A stretch of 64,000 bases of DNA from Mobula hypostoma (lineage: Eukaryota), in NCBI RefSeq assembly GCF_963921235.1, contig NC_086107.1:104968001-105032000 (forward strand). Reading direction: 5' to 3'. The stretch's first letter is position 1. Each line of letters opens with the position of its first letter. The position numbers were made by a program, and so were the translations under genes. The notes below the pieces were generated by a model. That model did no database searches. It saw only the letters and a program-made list of their open reading frames with translations, and was not told the origin of the DNA. Below, in pieces: positions 36,985-51,154 of the stretch.

Positions 36985-39847
36985 TGTCACAATGGGGGCA
37001 CGGGTAGCGGACCCAAATGCAAGACACAGACACTGAAGTACAAGGAACAGGACTTGACTAGAGTAGGGACATGTCAGGATACAGGCAAGGAGCAGGGACA
37101 AGAACACAGACTTGGGCAAGGGAAAGCGGGACCAGGACTAGAAACCATGGACTAGGAAACAAGGCTTCGACTCCGAGCCTGAGGCTGGACAAGGACCCAG
37201 AACCTAGGTCTTTCCTAGGGCTTGGACCCCAGAACCAGGCAAGGGCATGACATAGCTTCAGGACAGGACGTGGCTGGGGTCCTGGCTCTTGAACTTGGAG
37301 ACAGGCTGGGGTCTTGGCTCTTGAACTTGGAGACAGGCTGGGGTCTTGGCTCTTGAGGCTTGCAGGCTGATAACTTGGAGGCTGGAGCTCAGAGACAGAC
37401 TGGGAACTGTACATCAACATAGAGCCGGGACCTATCCTTAGACAAGCCAGGACTCAATTTTATCTCCACACCACAGTGAGACAGGTCCCCCCACAGGGCA
37501 ATAGCAGAACAGCCTGACTTACCCCACAGAGGCGAGGACAAGAAGAGACAAACACCAAAGGACAACAGACAGTTCCATCACTGCATCGGGGTTGCTGCAA
37601 GTCACAGTTTCAGCCAGCATCCTCAGCTGACTACAGAAACAGCCGGATCCCTACCTAGCCCAGAGTGGCTGGCAGCCACTCAGCTGGCCCGGGAAACAGC
37701 CGAATCCATACTGCAAAGACAGCTCCAGCTACCGACAGCAAGGCTCCATGAAGCAGTGGCTCCCCAACACAGCAAGTGACCACTCTAGCCTTCCACCAGC
37801 AGATTGCTCCCAGAGAATCTTGATAAGACAAACCAGCAGCCCACACTGTCTGTCTGTATCTTGTTTTACGGCGGTTGGCATCCAGCTTAATGGTGCATTA
37901 CCGCCACCCTCTGCTCCAGAATGTGCACTAGACATACATTCTAAATCCCTTCACCCAATCACACACACACATATATATATACAAACGTACACTTCACCCT
38001 CCCATCTTTGACCATCCTAGTATCCTATTCCTGTTTATTCGTCATATTCTATAAAAAACCCCTGTACCCCTTAAAAACGCTAAAAATACCCGGACTTGTG
38101 CTCTCTCATCCATGCCCAGCAACCCTTTTAATGTGAATTTCTGCATCCCCAACTCCCTTAATTTATTTCTCATCATCTCTCTCTGTATCCCATACTTCCT
38201 GCAACTCAGAACTACATGTTCTACTGACTCCTCTTCCTGACATTCCTCACACAATCCTGTCTGGTGTTTCCCTATCATTTTCAATGTTTTGTGTAATGCA
38301 CAATGCCCCAGCCTTAACCTAGTCCACACAATTTCCTCTCTTCTGTTTCCATTACCTACCCTAGTAACTGCAACACTCTTTTGTATTTGATATAAATGCC
38401 TCCCTTTCCCCTCCCTGTCCCATCTTTCTTGCCACATTCGGTTGACTTTTTCCCAGATTACACACTTAACCTCTGCTTTACTGATACTAATGTGCATTTC
38501 CACATTTTCTTTCTTTAACGCCCTCTTTGCCAACTCATCCACCCTCTCATTCCCCTTCACCCCTACATGTGCTGGAACCCATAGAAATTTTACCTGACCT
38601 CCCTGATTTGCAATTCTTGTAACTAACTGAAGGACTTCATAAAGTACATCTTGCCGACTGTTTGTGTGAAAAGACCTTAAACTTGCTAGAACTGAGGATG
38701 AATCTGAACATATCAATGCTTTGGCTTGTCTGGCTTTCTGCACCCATTACAACGCAACCAACACTGCCAGCATCTCCACTGTAAACACCCCTAACTTATT
38801 AGATGTTCTTCTGCTGATTCCAATTTCTTTTGCTGGTATTACCACCCCAAACCCTGTCACTCCTGTTTCAGGTTCCTTCGCACCATCCGTATAAATGTGA
38901 GTATAATCACTATAATTTTCCATCACATGACAGTTAAATGCATTTACCAAATCTGTTTTATATCTTTCTTTCCTTTTTACCTCTAATAAATGCCAGTCTA
39001 TGTCAGGCCATACAAGCTTCCATGGAGCTACAACCGGATAAACTAAGATAAGACCGGATAAGACTTATCCTCAGATCAAACACTCCACATTCTTTCGCAA
39101 TATCATTCCCTACCCGACTAAAGGTATCCCTCTGAAACCTCCCATTTTCCCAGCACTCCTGCAACACTCCTTTAGTAGGGTGAGAATCATTGTGCCCCTG
39201 CAAGTTAGCCCAGTAGTTTGCCATCAGTTGCATCCTTCTTAGTTCCAAAGGCATTATTCCCATTTCTACCTGTAGTGCTGATACTGGTGACGTTTTAAAA
39301 GCCCCACTGCACACTCTCAAGGCCTGAGCCTGAATCACATCCAGTTTCCTTATAAGAGACCTAGCTGCTGATCCATATACTATATTTCCATAATCCAATA
39401 CAGATCTTACTAAAGCCACATACATTCTCTTCAAAGCTGAACAACTTGCTCCCCGTTCCCTACCAGTCAAACATCTCATCACATTTATTACTTTTTTACA
39501 TTTCTCCTCAACTTTCCTGATATGGTCTGCCCATGTTAATCGTGAAGCAAATATAACTCCCAGAAATTTAAATGATGCAACCCTTTCTAATTCAACCCCA
39601 TACATCCTTAACTTCTTCCCTACCTCAACCCTTTTCCTGGTAAAAAAAAATACAGTTTGAGTTTTATCTACTGAAAATAGCAGCCCACACTCAACCCCAA
39701 GGCTACTTATATTCCAAACCCCAAGATGGGAATCAGGTGCCTATGATTAACTCAATCAAAACAAGGGACAGCTGGAAGACCCGGAGTCCTGAGTCCACGG
39801 ACTGGACCGTGAACCGGAATGCGTACTTCACAGACCGGACCATGACA
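36985..39847. mobile_element. Solo LTR (about 1.0 kb) interrupted by a LINE
   Basis: TGTCA...TGACA termini with 5-bp TSD AGTAC (36980-36984, 39848-39852); internal 32-bp tandem repeats at about 37272-37355. Confidence 0.8.
37848..39678 (-). mobile_element. I-group (Nimb-like) LINE with RNase H, 5'-truncated
   Basis: RT thumb (FKFLGVIF..LTWADHI), RNase H (IYTDGAK, SDSSSVL, WVPAHVGVKGNERVDELAK), CCHC (CEEC..ESVEHVVLSC); (CAGA)n tail; 13-bp TSD AGCAGCCCACACT. Confidence 0.92.
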
Positions 39848-42800
39848 AGTACAGTCCCTTCAGCCCACAGTGTTGTGCCAAACTTTTAAACTACACCAAG
39901 ATTAACCTCACCCTTCTCTCCCAAATAGCCCTTCATTTTTCCTTCATCCATGTGCCTATCTAAGAGTCACTTAAATGCCCCTAATGTGTCTGTGTCTACC
40001 ACCCCCCATGGCAGAGCGCTCCACACATCTACCACTTGGTGTAAAAAAATACCTCTGGATTCCCTCCGATACTTTCCCTCCAATCATCTTAAAATTATTT
40101 CCTCTTATATTAGCCATTTCCGCCTTACAGAAAAGTCTCTGGCTGTCCACTCTATCTAAGCCTCTTAATCATTTTACGCACTTCTATCAAGTCTCCTCTC
40201 ATCCTCCTTCACTCCAAAGAGAAAAGCCCCAGCTCGCTCTATAAACCTTCCACATCCTCCCTGTAATGAGGCGACCAGAACTGAACACAATCCTCCAAGT
40301 GTGGTCTAAGCAGAACTGCAACATTTCCTCACGGCCTTTGAACTCAGGCCCCTACCTAACGTGGACCAGCACACCACAGGCCTTCTCAACCATCCTATCA
40401 ACTCGTGCAGCAACTTTGAGGGATCACTGGGCGTGGACCCGAAGAAACTGCCGTTCCTCCACACTGCGAAGGATCCTGCTGACGACCTCGGTAGCAAAGC
40501 ACGTTCATCGGTGTTAGCCGTTGCTTCCCCTCAGCCACGTCGAGAGGTGGCGTCCACTGTTGGCATTGGAAGTTATTCTTCGGGTAGACATCCGAAGGCA
40601 GTGAAATGAATGGATTGCAGAAACACAGCACTCCTCGGCCCACTGACTCCATGCTGACCATCTGCCACCCATTCACACTGACCCAACCCTAGCCCATCTT
40701 ATTCTCCCCAAGTTCCCATCACCTTGCCCCAGATGCCACCACCCACCTACACAAGGGGATAGCTACACTGTCCAACTAACCTGCCAACCCGCGTGTTTTT
40801 GGGAAGTGGAAGGAAGTCAGAGCACTTGGGATGAACCCACATGGTCACAAGATGACCAAAATACACAGCAGCACAATCAGGCCATTCAGCCCATCAAGTC
40901 TGCTCTGCCATTCCATTGTAGCTTTTTTATTATCCATCTTGATCCCATTCTCCTGCCTTCTCTCCATAACCTTTGACGCCCTTCATAATCAAGAACCTAT
41001 CAGCTTCCGCTTTAAATATACTCAGTGACTTGGCCCCCACAGCCATCTGTAGCAATGCATTCCACAGATTCACTACCCTCTGGCTAAAGAAATTCCTCCT
41101 CATCTCTGTTCTGAAAGGACATCTTTCTATATTCTGAGACTGTGCCCTCTGGTCCTGGACTATCCCACTATAGGAAACTTCCTCTCCACATCCACTCTAC
41201 CTACGCCTTTCATAATTCAATGGGAACGCCCCGTAAGCTTCTAAACTCCAGGGAGTGCAGGCCAGAGCTATCACATGCTCCTCATGCATTCTCATGAGCC
41301 TGCAAACTCCAAATAGACAGCAGCCAAGGTCAAGATTGAATATGGTTCTCGGGAGGTGTGAGGTAGCTGCAAGAAGCGATAATGAGAGGAGAGAACCAGC
41401 CTGCGTCTCCGCTGTTAACCGTGAAGACAAAGCAACCACATCAGCAATATATTGACACTGTTGCCCATACATGGAGAGGCTGTGGGTGTTGGGGCTTGTT
41501 GGGAGGTTCCACACTGGGAAACCAAGTCTTTCAGGGGGAGCGGAACAGTTTCCACACTGAGTGTGTGCGAGATTGAGGGTGAATGGTCAGGTGTGAGCGA
41601 TGGTAAATGTGAGAAGGTGTGTCAGATGTTTATAACTGAGATTGTGTCACACTGGATGAATGGCGCCACCGAGGTGCCGAGGCTGACTGGTGTCAGCAAG
41701 GCAGAGTGTGAATGGTGTCAGTCGGACACGGGGTGTGCGTGGTGTTGTAGAGACACTGAGTCTGGCGTCAGTCAGTCATTGAGCCAGAGTGGTGTCAGTC
41801 AGACACACGGGTGTGGAAGGCGTCAGTGAGAAATGCTTGTCGCAGAGACAGTTGTGAATGAGTGTGAGAGAGTGTGTTACACTGTCCGTGAGCGCGAGGT
41901 TGCTACCGAACTGCGCATCTTGGGATTTTCCACAGCACCGGTTAAAAGAAACAATCGAGCAAAAGTATTTTTTTAGAATAACAACTGCATCCGCAGATCT
42001 TACGTACTCTAAATCCAGGCAACAATTATTCAAAACTCTCATCTAAAGTCGCACTGTAACATTTCTCGATAAACCCTAACCCAAATACAAGCTCCGCGCC
42101 GCCGCCCAATTAAATTTTTTTGGCCAGGTCGATTTTACCTTCAGCCCTTTGCCTCTCCGATCTGTTGAATTCTAAGAAGGTGCCTTGAGCACGGACGGGT
42201 TCCAGGTTGTGTGCAGTCTCCCTCCTCTTCCTCGCTTCTGGACGCTGGTTCGATGTACCCCTTTGGTTTGTTCTGTTGCCAATGACGTGTCGGCAGCGGC
42301 TTCACTTTGAACTCCAGATGGTGGAAACGTGTGAGCTGAAAGATGCCGACTCCGGTGGGTGAGCCGTAACCTTTTGCAGTCTATCTGTCTGATGATGATG
42401 GCCTATTTGTGTTCGTTATATCCACAATCCAAAAGTACAGAGAAAATTTACGAGGATGTTGCTGGGACTGCAGGACCAGATTATAAGGGAAAAAAAATTC
42501 AATCGGTTAGGACTTTATTCCTTGGTACGGAGAAGATTGAGATTTGATGGTGTTATACACCGTTATGAGGGGTATAGGTAGAGTAAATGCAAGCAGGATT
42601 TTTCCACTGAGGTTGGGTGGGACAACAACCAGAGGTCATGGGTTAAGAGTCAAAGGTGAAAATTTGAAGAGACACACGAGGGGAGAATGCTTCTCTCAGG
42701 GGGTGGAGAAAGCGTGGAACGGGCTGGCGGCGCATGTGGTGCATGTGAGCCCGCTTCGAATGTTTAAAGGAAGTTTGGGTAGTAGGGTTTTTTATTGGGG

Positions 42801-43744
42801 GGGGTGTGGGAGGCTACGGTCCTGGTGCAGGTCCATGGGATTAGGTAGCTTAAGTGGTTCGGCGCGGACTAGATAGGCCGAAGGGCCTGTTTCTGTGTTG
42901 TATTTTTCTACGACCCTAATAGATATTTCATTTATCGCCGTGGATTAAGACCATAAGGTCATTCACAAGCCTCCGAATGAAGAAATTCCTCCTCACCTGT
43001 CCTTGTACTCTGAGGCTGTTCCCGCTGGTCCCCGCTATAGGAAACATCCTCTCCACATCCTCTCTTTCCAGGCCATTCTGCCGCGCGTGTTTCCTAGAGC
43101 CGTGGCTCTGGGAACGCCGAACCCGGCTTCGGGAGGTGTGGAGGCTTCCTGCGACCCCCGGACCAGCAGAGGAACCGCAGCGGCTTTTTTTTGTCCTGGT
43201 TGTGGCACGGGCCCGGATTCTGGCCATTTGTGAGTTTAGATTAACCAACAGCTGGACAGATGCATGGCTATCTCAGCGCAATGCTGTTTTGGTTGCCTGC
43301 ACGGGGTCGTGTTACTTTTACATTTTGGGCGCTTAATTTCAAATTAGAAATAGACAGTGTACGGAAAACAGGACCAAGTTACACCACTGTTGTAAACACC
43401 GCCCGTTCTGTCACAAAGTACTGGAAACACGCGGCAGGTCAGGCAGCATCTGTGGAAAGAGAAATTACTGACAATCCAGGCGGAAGATCCCTCATTGGGG
43501 CCGTTTATAAACAGTTCAATTGGAGATAATTTTGTCTGTCTCGGTTTCCACTTCAGAGAATCGATTTGCCCCGTGACGGGGGATCTATTTCACCGGGTGT
43601 AACATGGGCATCCGTCCGCAGTCAACTTCAGCGGCGGACAGGGCTCTGTCAGTGTGAAGTTCTCCGCGTTACATCATTGCCCCGCCAGCGAAGTGAGGGT
43701 CTACTCGCATTCGGCAAGGGACACTGAGTTATTTTTTTAAAAAA

Positions 43745-44280
43745 TATTTATTCATTTACGAGATGTGGGCGTCGCCAGCTAAACCAGCATTTATTGCCCG
43801 TCCCTAGTTGCTCACCCTTGAGAAGGTGGTGACGAACCGCCTTCTCGAACCGCTGCAGTCCCTGAGGTGTAGGTGCACCCACAGAGCTGTTAGGGAGGGA
43901 ATTGCTAAGTGATTTTGACCCAGCGACAATGAAGGAACGGCGATATCTTTCCAAGTCAGGATGGTGAGTGACTCGGAGGGGGATTTGCAAGTGGCGGTGT
44001 ACCCGGGTATCTGCTGCTCTCGTCCTTCTAGATGGTAGTGGTCGTGGGTCTGGGAGGTGCTGCCTTAGGAACGCTGGTGTGTTGTTGCAGTGCATCTTGT
44101 AGATAGCACACACTGCTGAAACTGTTCATTGACGGTGGAGGGATTGGATGCTTGTGGAAGGAGTACCAATCAAGTGAGCTGCCTTGTACTGGATGGTGTT
44201 GATAAAGCTGCGCTCATCCAGGCGGGTGGCGAGTATTCCATTACACTCCTGACCTGAGCCTTGTAGATGGTGGACAGGTT
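43745..44280 (-). mobile_element. CR1-group LINE 3' fragment (SINE3/DeuSINE partner-type tail)
   Basis: Minus strand CACCACCTTCTCAAGGG...GGGCAATAAATGCTGG...GACGCCCACATC tail, and remnant AIYKMHCNNTPAFLRQHLP. Confidence 0.7.
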
Positions 44281-47200
44281 TAATATCGGCAGTAATAGTT
44301 TTTCATTGGAACGCGGGATCAATTCTCCTCCTCCCCGTACATCCACGTTATTTAATTGTTTTATTTATTTAGCGCCACAGCAACAGGCAATTCCAGCCCT
44401 CGAGCCTTACACCATGTGACCAATCAACCTAATTATTTATTTACCTGTTTGTTTATCTATCTGCCTATTGAGGTGCGGCGTAGACCTCCCGGCCCTTGGA
44501 GCCACGATTTAATCCCAGCCTAATCACCGGACAATTATAATGACCTATTAATCCATCAAACGTCTTTGGGCTGTGGGAGGAAGCCGTCGCCATCACAGGG
44601 AGAACGTACAAACTCTTACAGGGAACGGCGGGAATTGAACCCGGGTCGCCTGTATTGTAAAGCGTTGTGCTAACCACTACGCTACCGTGCCGCACCCATA
44701 ACCTATTAACCTGTGGGAGGAAACCAGAGCACCCGGAGGAAACCCACGCGGCCACGGGGAGAACGTACAAAATTCTTACAGGCAGCGCCCGGGATTGAAG
44801 CCAAGTTGCTGGTGCTGTGCGTCTTTCTCCAATTTACCCAAAAGCCAATGACCTGGGGCTAGTTTCTCTGGATTGTATCGGGCTCCAGGGATTTAGCAAT
44901 TGCTCGCAGATGGGGATTCGACTCTGCCCGAATTGCTGGCTGCAGTGAGTCCTCTCCCGATGGGATATCACACCTCTCAGCGTTGTATGTGAAGCATTTG
45001 ACATGTGTTACACAGGTGTTGCACTGGTTGGGTCTATGGGCTGACATTGCTGCCTGCTGGGGTTGGGAGTGGGGGATATCTGTGTGGTGTGAAATCAGCT
45101 CTCGGAGCTCATCCAGAATTCCAGTGCTGGGTGATCTAGCCAGTGAGAGCCCACCTCTCAACAAGAACTGGGCACTACCTCTGCCATCAACTCCTTCCCC
45201 ACCAATCCCTCACCTACTGTCTCCCTCAGTGAGACTGCCTCACCCATATTCTCATCATCGTGACTCCCTCCCTCACCTGCACAGCACTGACCAACTCCCT
45301 CACCTACACAGCACTCACTCCCTCACCTCCTCCCACAAAGTGATTCCCTTGTGACTCCCTTACTAAATGACAAACCTTACCTACCAGCTCCCTCACTGTC
45401 TAACTTCCCACTGAGGAACTCCCTCACACACTAACTACCTCACTGAGAGACTCAGTGTAAACCTCTTCCATTATTAAGGCCCCCCTGCACCCAGGGCATG
45501 CCCTTTTCTCACTGTTACCATCAGGTAGGAGATACAGAAGCCTGAAGGCACACACTCAGTGATTCAGGAACAGCTTCTTCCCCTCTGCTATCCGGTTCCT
45601 AAATGGACATTGAACCCTTGGACACTACCTCATTTTTTATATTATTTCTGTTTTTGCATATTTTTAAAATAATCTATTCAATTTACTTAATTGATTTACT
45701 TGTTTATTTATTATGTCTTATTTTATTTATTATTTTTCTCTCTCTGTGCTAGGTTATGTATTGCATTGAACTGCTGCTGCCAAGTTAACAAATTTCATGT
45801 CATATGCTGGTGATAATAAACCTGATTCTGATTTTGATTCTGTCAGTGTTTTGCCTGTTAGATTCATATAGTTTGAAGTTGCTTTAGTTACAAGTAACCA
45901 TACTTTGAACAGATGCTGGTTTACATAACCCAGACTTGGCTCACTCACTGGCTTGCATTCGACTCTGGGGCGAGCAGGAACTTCAAACAGCTCCTTTATG
46001 TAACATGGGCTATCAACACCAGGAAAAACCCACTCCGAGCAATATGCACCCATTCAGAACTTTTGCAATCATAGTCTGCATGAACTGGCAGAAGCGTTCG
46101 ATTTTAAACCTTTAATGTCTCTCTTGTGGTGCATTGTTATTGGGATTCGTGTCTGGTTACTATTGTTTCTAGGAAACAGCTCTCAGGACTCGTCCGTCTC
46201 ACATAGAATGGAGAAAGTTAAACAGGGACTGGAACAAGATGTGAGCGTTGACAGAAGCTGGGATCTGGAGCAACACACAAAACAATGGAAGAACCCTGTG
46301 CATATTGGGCAGCATCTGCGGAAGGAAATGGGCAGTCAACGCTTCATGTCCAGATCCTTTGTCTGGACTGAAAGCTGGAGGGGGGAGGGCCAGTTTAAAG
46401 AGGTGGAGGGAAGGGGTGGGGGAGAAAGCTGGTGGGTAGTAGGAATATCCAAGTGATGGGGGGGGTGATATGGGTGATGGAAAAGGCTAAGTCAAAATCC
46501 GGTTTGTTCTAAACAAGGGAAAATCTGCAGATGCTGGAAATCCAAAGTATCAGACACACAAAGTGCTGGAGGAACTCAGCAAGCCAGGCAGCATCTATGG
46601 AAAAGAGTAAACAGCCAATATTTTGAGCCAAGACCCTTCATCGGGACTGGAAAGGAAGGGGAGAAGTCAGAGGAAGAAGGTGGGGGGAGGGGAGGAAGAA
46701 GTACGGGGTGGCAGATGATAGGTGAATCTGGGAGAGAGGAGGGAGTGAAATAAAGAACTGGGAAGTTAATTGCTGAAAGAGATAAAGGGCTGGAGAAGGG
46801 GAAATCTGATCGGAGAGGACTGAGGACCTGGTTTATTACCACTATTCATTTGTTCGTTATGTGCTGTGTTGTTTGGTGTGGGGGATCGTGGTCTTTCCAT
46901 GACCATGATTGTTGTTGGCAAATTTTTCTACAGAAGTGGTTTGCCATTGTCTTCTTCTGGGCAGTGTCTTTCCAAGATGGGTAACCCCAACCATTATCAA
47001 TGCTCTTCAGAGATTGTCTGCCTGGTGTCAGTGGTCGCATAACCAGGACTTGTGATCTGTATCAGCTGTTCACACGACCATCCACCACCTGGTCTCACGG
47101 CTTCACACGACCCTGATCGAGGGGCAAAGCAGGTGCTACACCTTGCCCAAGGGTGACCTGCAGGCTAGTGGAGGGAGGGAGTGCCTTACACCTCCTTTGG

Positions 47201-48445
47201 TGGAGATGTTCCTCCACCCCATCAGCCAATATTATCACTGACACATTGTGCTATTCATTGGTTTGCATCAACAGTACAGTGCAGAACATTAAAAATTACT
47301 ATAAGTTACAATAAGAAATTATATAAGGCCAGAGCGGGATCTGTCAGAGACGAGGAGCAGCTCGTGAGTCAGAATCAGAACCAGGTTTTATTATTATTAT
47401 CACTGACTTGTGCTGTAAAATTTGTTCTGTGCCTGCAGCACAAGACGTAAAAAGTTATAATAAAAAATATAAATCGTGCTAAAGAGGAACAGTGAGATTG
47501 TGTTCAGGAGTTCGTGGACCATTCAGAAATCTGACGGCTGACATTAGAAGCTGTTCCTAAAATGTTCAGTGTGTGTCTTCGGGCTCCTGTACCTCCTCCA
47601 TGATGGTAGCAATGAAACGAAGACATGCCCTGGGTCTTCTCCGAGGATTGTCCCCTTGTCGTGGTGGAGAGGCTTGTGCGTTCCGGAGATCCTGTGAGCT
47701 TAGCTCCTGGTAGGGTCACCCCATGTTGGTAAGGTCAAGGGGGAGGACCCAGACAAAGAGCGATCTGACCAAGACCTCGACGGTGGAGCTGGCGGGAGAT
47801 GATGACAGATCACAACGGCGGTGGGGGTGGAGAAAGGCCGTAGCAGTGAAGGGTCCCCAGCCGCGGGTTCCTGACCCCGATCTGTCAAAGACCATGTGGT
47901 GGGCTGCCCGTGCATCAGCCTCCCCACGTTAAACAAAGACACGCACAGGCATTCTCCATGAAGATAATCTGCCCTAACGTCCCGGTTTTGAGGTTCCCGG
48001 ATCGGCCTCTACACCTCCCTAGAGACCTAATAGACAATCTATTAGGAGAACATCATATTCACACCACTCCTATGTACGCGAGGGTCTTTAATGGTGGATG
48101 CTGCCTTATTGAGGCATTGCCTTTTGAAGATCTCCTCCGTGGTGTGTGCCTCGAGCCCGTGATGGAGCAGGCTGAGCTTTTACTGCTGCCTCCCTACCAG
48201 GCAGTGATGCAACCAGTCAGACTGCTCACCCCAGTACATCTATAGAGCCGTTGGCCACACATCAACTCTCCGAATGAAATATAACCACTGATGTGATGGG
48301 GTGAAGTTCAGAATCTGCCCTTTTGAAAGGTCATAAATGCATTTGAAGGCTCCTTGAACATTTGAAGAGAATACATTCTGATAGGCTAAACGGGAACTTG
48401 GCTTATTTTCAGTCACATCGCAACAACGTTCAGAAATTGAAAATA

Positions 48446-49704
48446 CCACGGATTCTAGTTAATTTGGCCATCAGTTAAACAGGGCAGCCGCTTATTTGGG
48501 ACAACTCTTAAAGAAAAAAAAAACAAATCAAGAGAAAAGCTGGGATCCCCTTCATTTATTTGGAACTCTATGCCATTTAATTGGGGTAGAAGACTGTGGC
48601 CAAACAGTTTCTAACTAGCAGCAGTCATGTGCATGTTGTGGGGCCATTATCCACTACACCGAGCTTAGAGCAAATCATTTTTAAATAGTGTGACCTGCGT
48701 GTGTTTGTGTTTAAAAAGCAGATTTTTGTCACTGATAGTTGGCAAGAAGTAAGCAGTTGGACAATTCAGAACTGTTTTGCTCACTGCAGTTTCAAGCATT
48801 CAGGCTTGGAAGATGCCAGAAACGGCTGGAAAAGAAAATGAAACAGCTTTACTACTTAAATAAGTGAGGGACTATGAAGAGTTTAAAGGTAGCAACCATC
48901 ATCTTGAATGTTACAATGAAAGGTGTAAACTCTGTCAGCTCTATCATGAGCACTAGCCTCCTGTGCATCCAGGATACATTCAAGAGGCGATGGCATGAAA
49001 AGGCAGCATCCATTATTAAGGACCCCCATCACCCAGGACAAGCCGTCTTCTCATTACTACCATCAAGGAAGAGATTCAGAAGCCTGAAGGCACACCCTCA
49101 GCATTTCAAGAACAGCTTCTTCCCCTCCACCATCTGGATGGACAATGAACCCATGTAGTTTTTTCTTTACTCTCTTTTTTGCCCATTTAATTTAATTTTC
49201 TTTTTTTATATATATATGGTGTTTATTGTAATTTATAGTTGTTATTAGTATGGCTTGTAGTGTACCGCTGCAGCAAAACAACAAATTTTACAAAATATCC
49301 CAATAATATTAAAAGATATGTATATCTGATTCCGATTTTGGAAGATTTGGAGGATGCAATCTTCAAAAGCATTGTTTTGAAGGCAGTCCATTATCTGAAT
49401 TAGGTGCCTGCACTGATTTCGTTCATTTACAATCAATCAAAAGAACACATGGTGTACACTGGATGAATTCCTCCGTTGATAACTATTAGGAACTAATACA
49501 AGTTTTATAGTATTGTAGCAGTTTGGTAGTATTCTAATATGTTCTATATTTGTTTAAATACGTCATTTGTTGCTCAGTTAAAAGGTAGTTTGTCTTTTTA
49601 TACCTTTCTAACTATTTCCATGAAACTTTGGCTAATTGGGGCAACCACTTAATTGGGCAAAAATGTACTGGTCCCAATATGTCCCAGTTAACTGGAATCC
49701 ACTG
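48446..49704. mobile_element. Tigger/pogo-like MITE, itself carrying a LINE 3' piece (about 48925-49340)
   Basis: TA|CCACGGATTCTAGTTAAT...TTAACTGGAATCCACTG|TA imperfect TIRs; the hAT reading frame resumes across it. Confidence 0.7.
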
Positions 49705-51154
49705 TACTTCAAAAGATGTTTGTCAGCACTTTACAACAAAGTAGTGATGGTTTGCATGCTTCATATAACATTTCATTGCAATTCATCCAACAGATGGGGC
49801 ACCTTCAAAGACGGCACTGCTGTGGGATTATTACCTTCTTGAAAAAAGCTGTACCTATCATATTTACCATTCACTGTGTAATTCACAGACAACGTCTTGT
49901 TGCAAAAAATCTAAGTGATCAGCTGCAGAAATCATTAAATACTGTCATCGCAGCAGTAAATAAATCGAGTCCCACGCTCTCAATTCTCGACTATTTTCGA
50001 GAGCTTTGTATTGAGAATGATGAACACTTGCTGTTGCACACAGAAGTCAGATGGTTCTCAAAAGGAAACTGTCTGAGACTCTTTTATGTGCTTTTTTGAA
50101 ACTGTGTTATAATTCTTTGAAGACTGAAATGCTTCATTCAGTAATCACCTCAAGAATATTAGGCATGACATTGCTTATTTGCCAGAATTATTCACAAAGT
50201 TTAATGAAATCATTGCAGGGAAATTATGTGAATCTTATCAAAGTTTAATCAGTCATCTCCACATTTCTGTCCAATTTGAAGCGCAACATTGATCTTTTCC
50301 AATTTCTCTTTGAGTTTGGAAGAGCTGTGTAACGACATGTCAAAGAGATTTCAGAATCTTCTCTTGATCCGAGTTCCAGATTGGGTAATAGATCTATTCC
50401 TGGACAGTTGTAATGAGGTAATGGATGGAGGACGAACTGATCTCACCACAAAATGACTTTGGGCTGAAGCCAACGTTCAGAAAGTCACAGCAAGACATTT
50501 GGTTGTAGAAAGAAGACTCTGAACGCTATCCTGCACTGTAGAAAAAGGTCAAGATGTTCTTTATTTTCTTTCCAACGCCATGTTTAGTGGATTGCGGTTT
50601 TAGTCACCCAACCTCAAAGACTCAAAGTACATTTATTATCAAAGTACCTCTACAGAATACAGCTCGGAGATTTGTCCTCCCGCAGGCAGCCATGAAATAA
50701 AGAAACACCGTGGAACCCGCTGAAGAAAACATCAAACACGCAGCGTGTGATAAAAGCACAAATTTTGCAATGGCAAAAAGCGAGTGAACAACACGCGGAA
50801 TGTCAAACGTTCAAAGATTCAAAGCGCATTTATTATCAAATAATGTATCAATCACACAGCTTGAGATTTGTCTGCTTACAGGCAGTCACAAAGCAAGAAG
50901 CTCGAATAACCCAATAAAAAAGACAAAAAAACCCCACAAAAACCACTGCGCAGAGAAAGAGAGAAACAACACACACACAAATTGTTCAAAGCCGACAGCA
51001 TTCTGGACCAGATGGAGTCCCAGATCCGCTCCCGGAGCAGCCGGAGTAGGCCGTAGCCAAGCCTCGGTTCCCGGTTTTCACACTAGCGGGGCAGAAATCC
51101 TGAACAGCCAGATCAGTTCACAGCCTCTTCGCCGCGGAGAAAAGACTGAACATT

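Noticed and set aside
40440..40620. CpG-containing unique patch as a possible coding exon
   Set aside because: No convincing splice-site pair or recognisable peptide, and it is flanked by CR1 and SINE debris.
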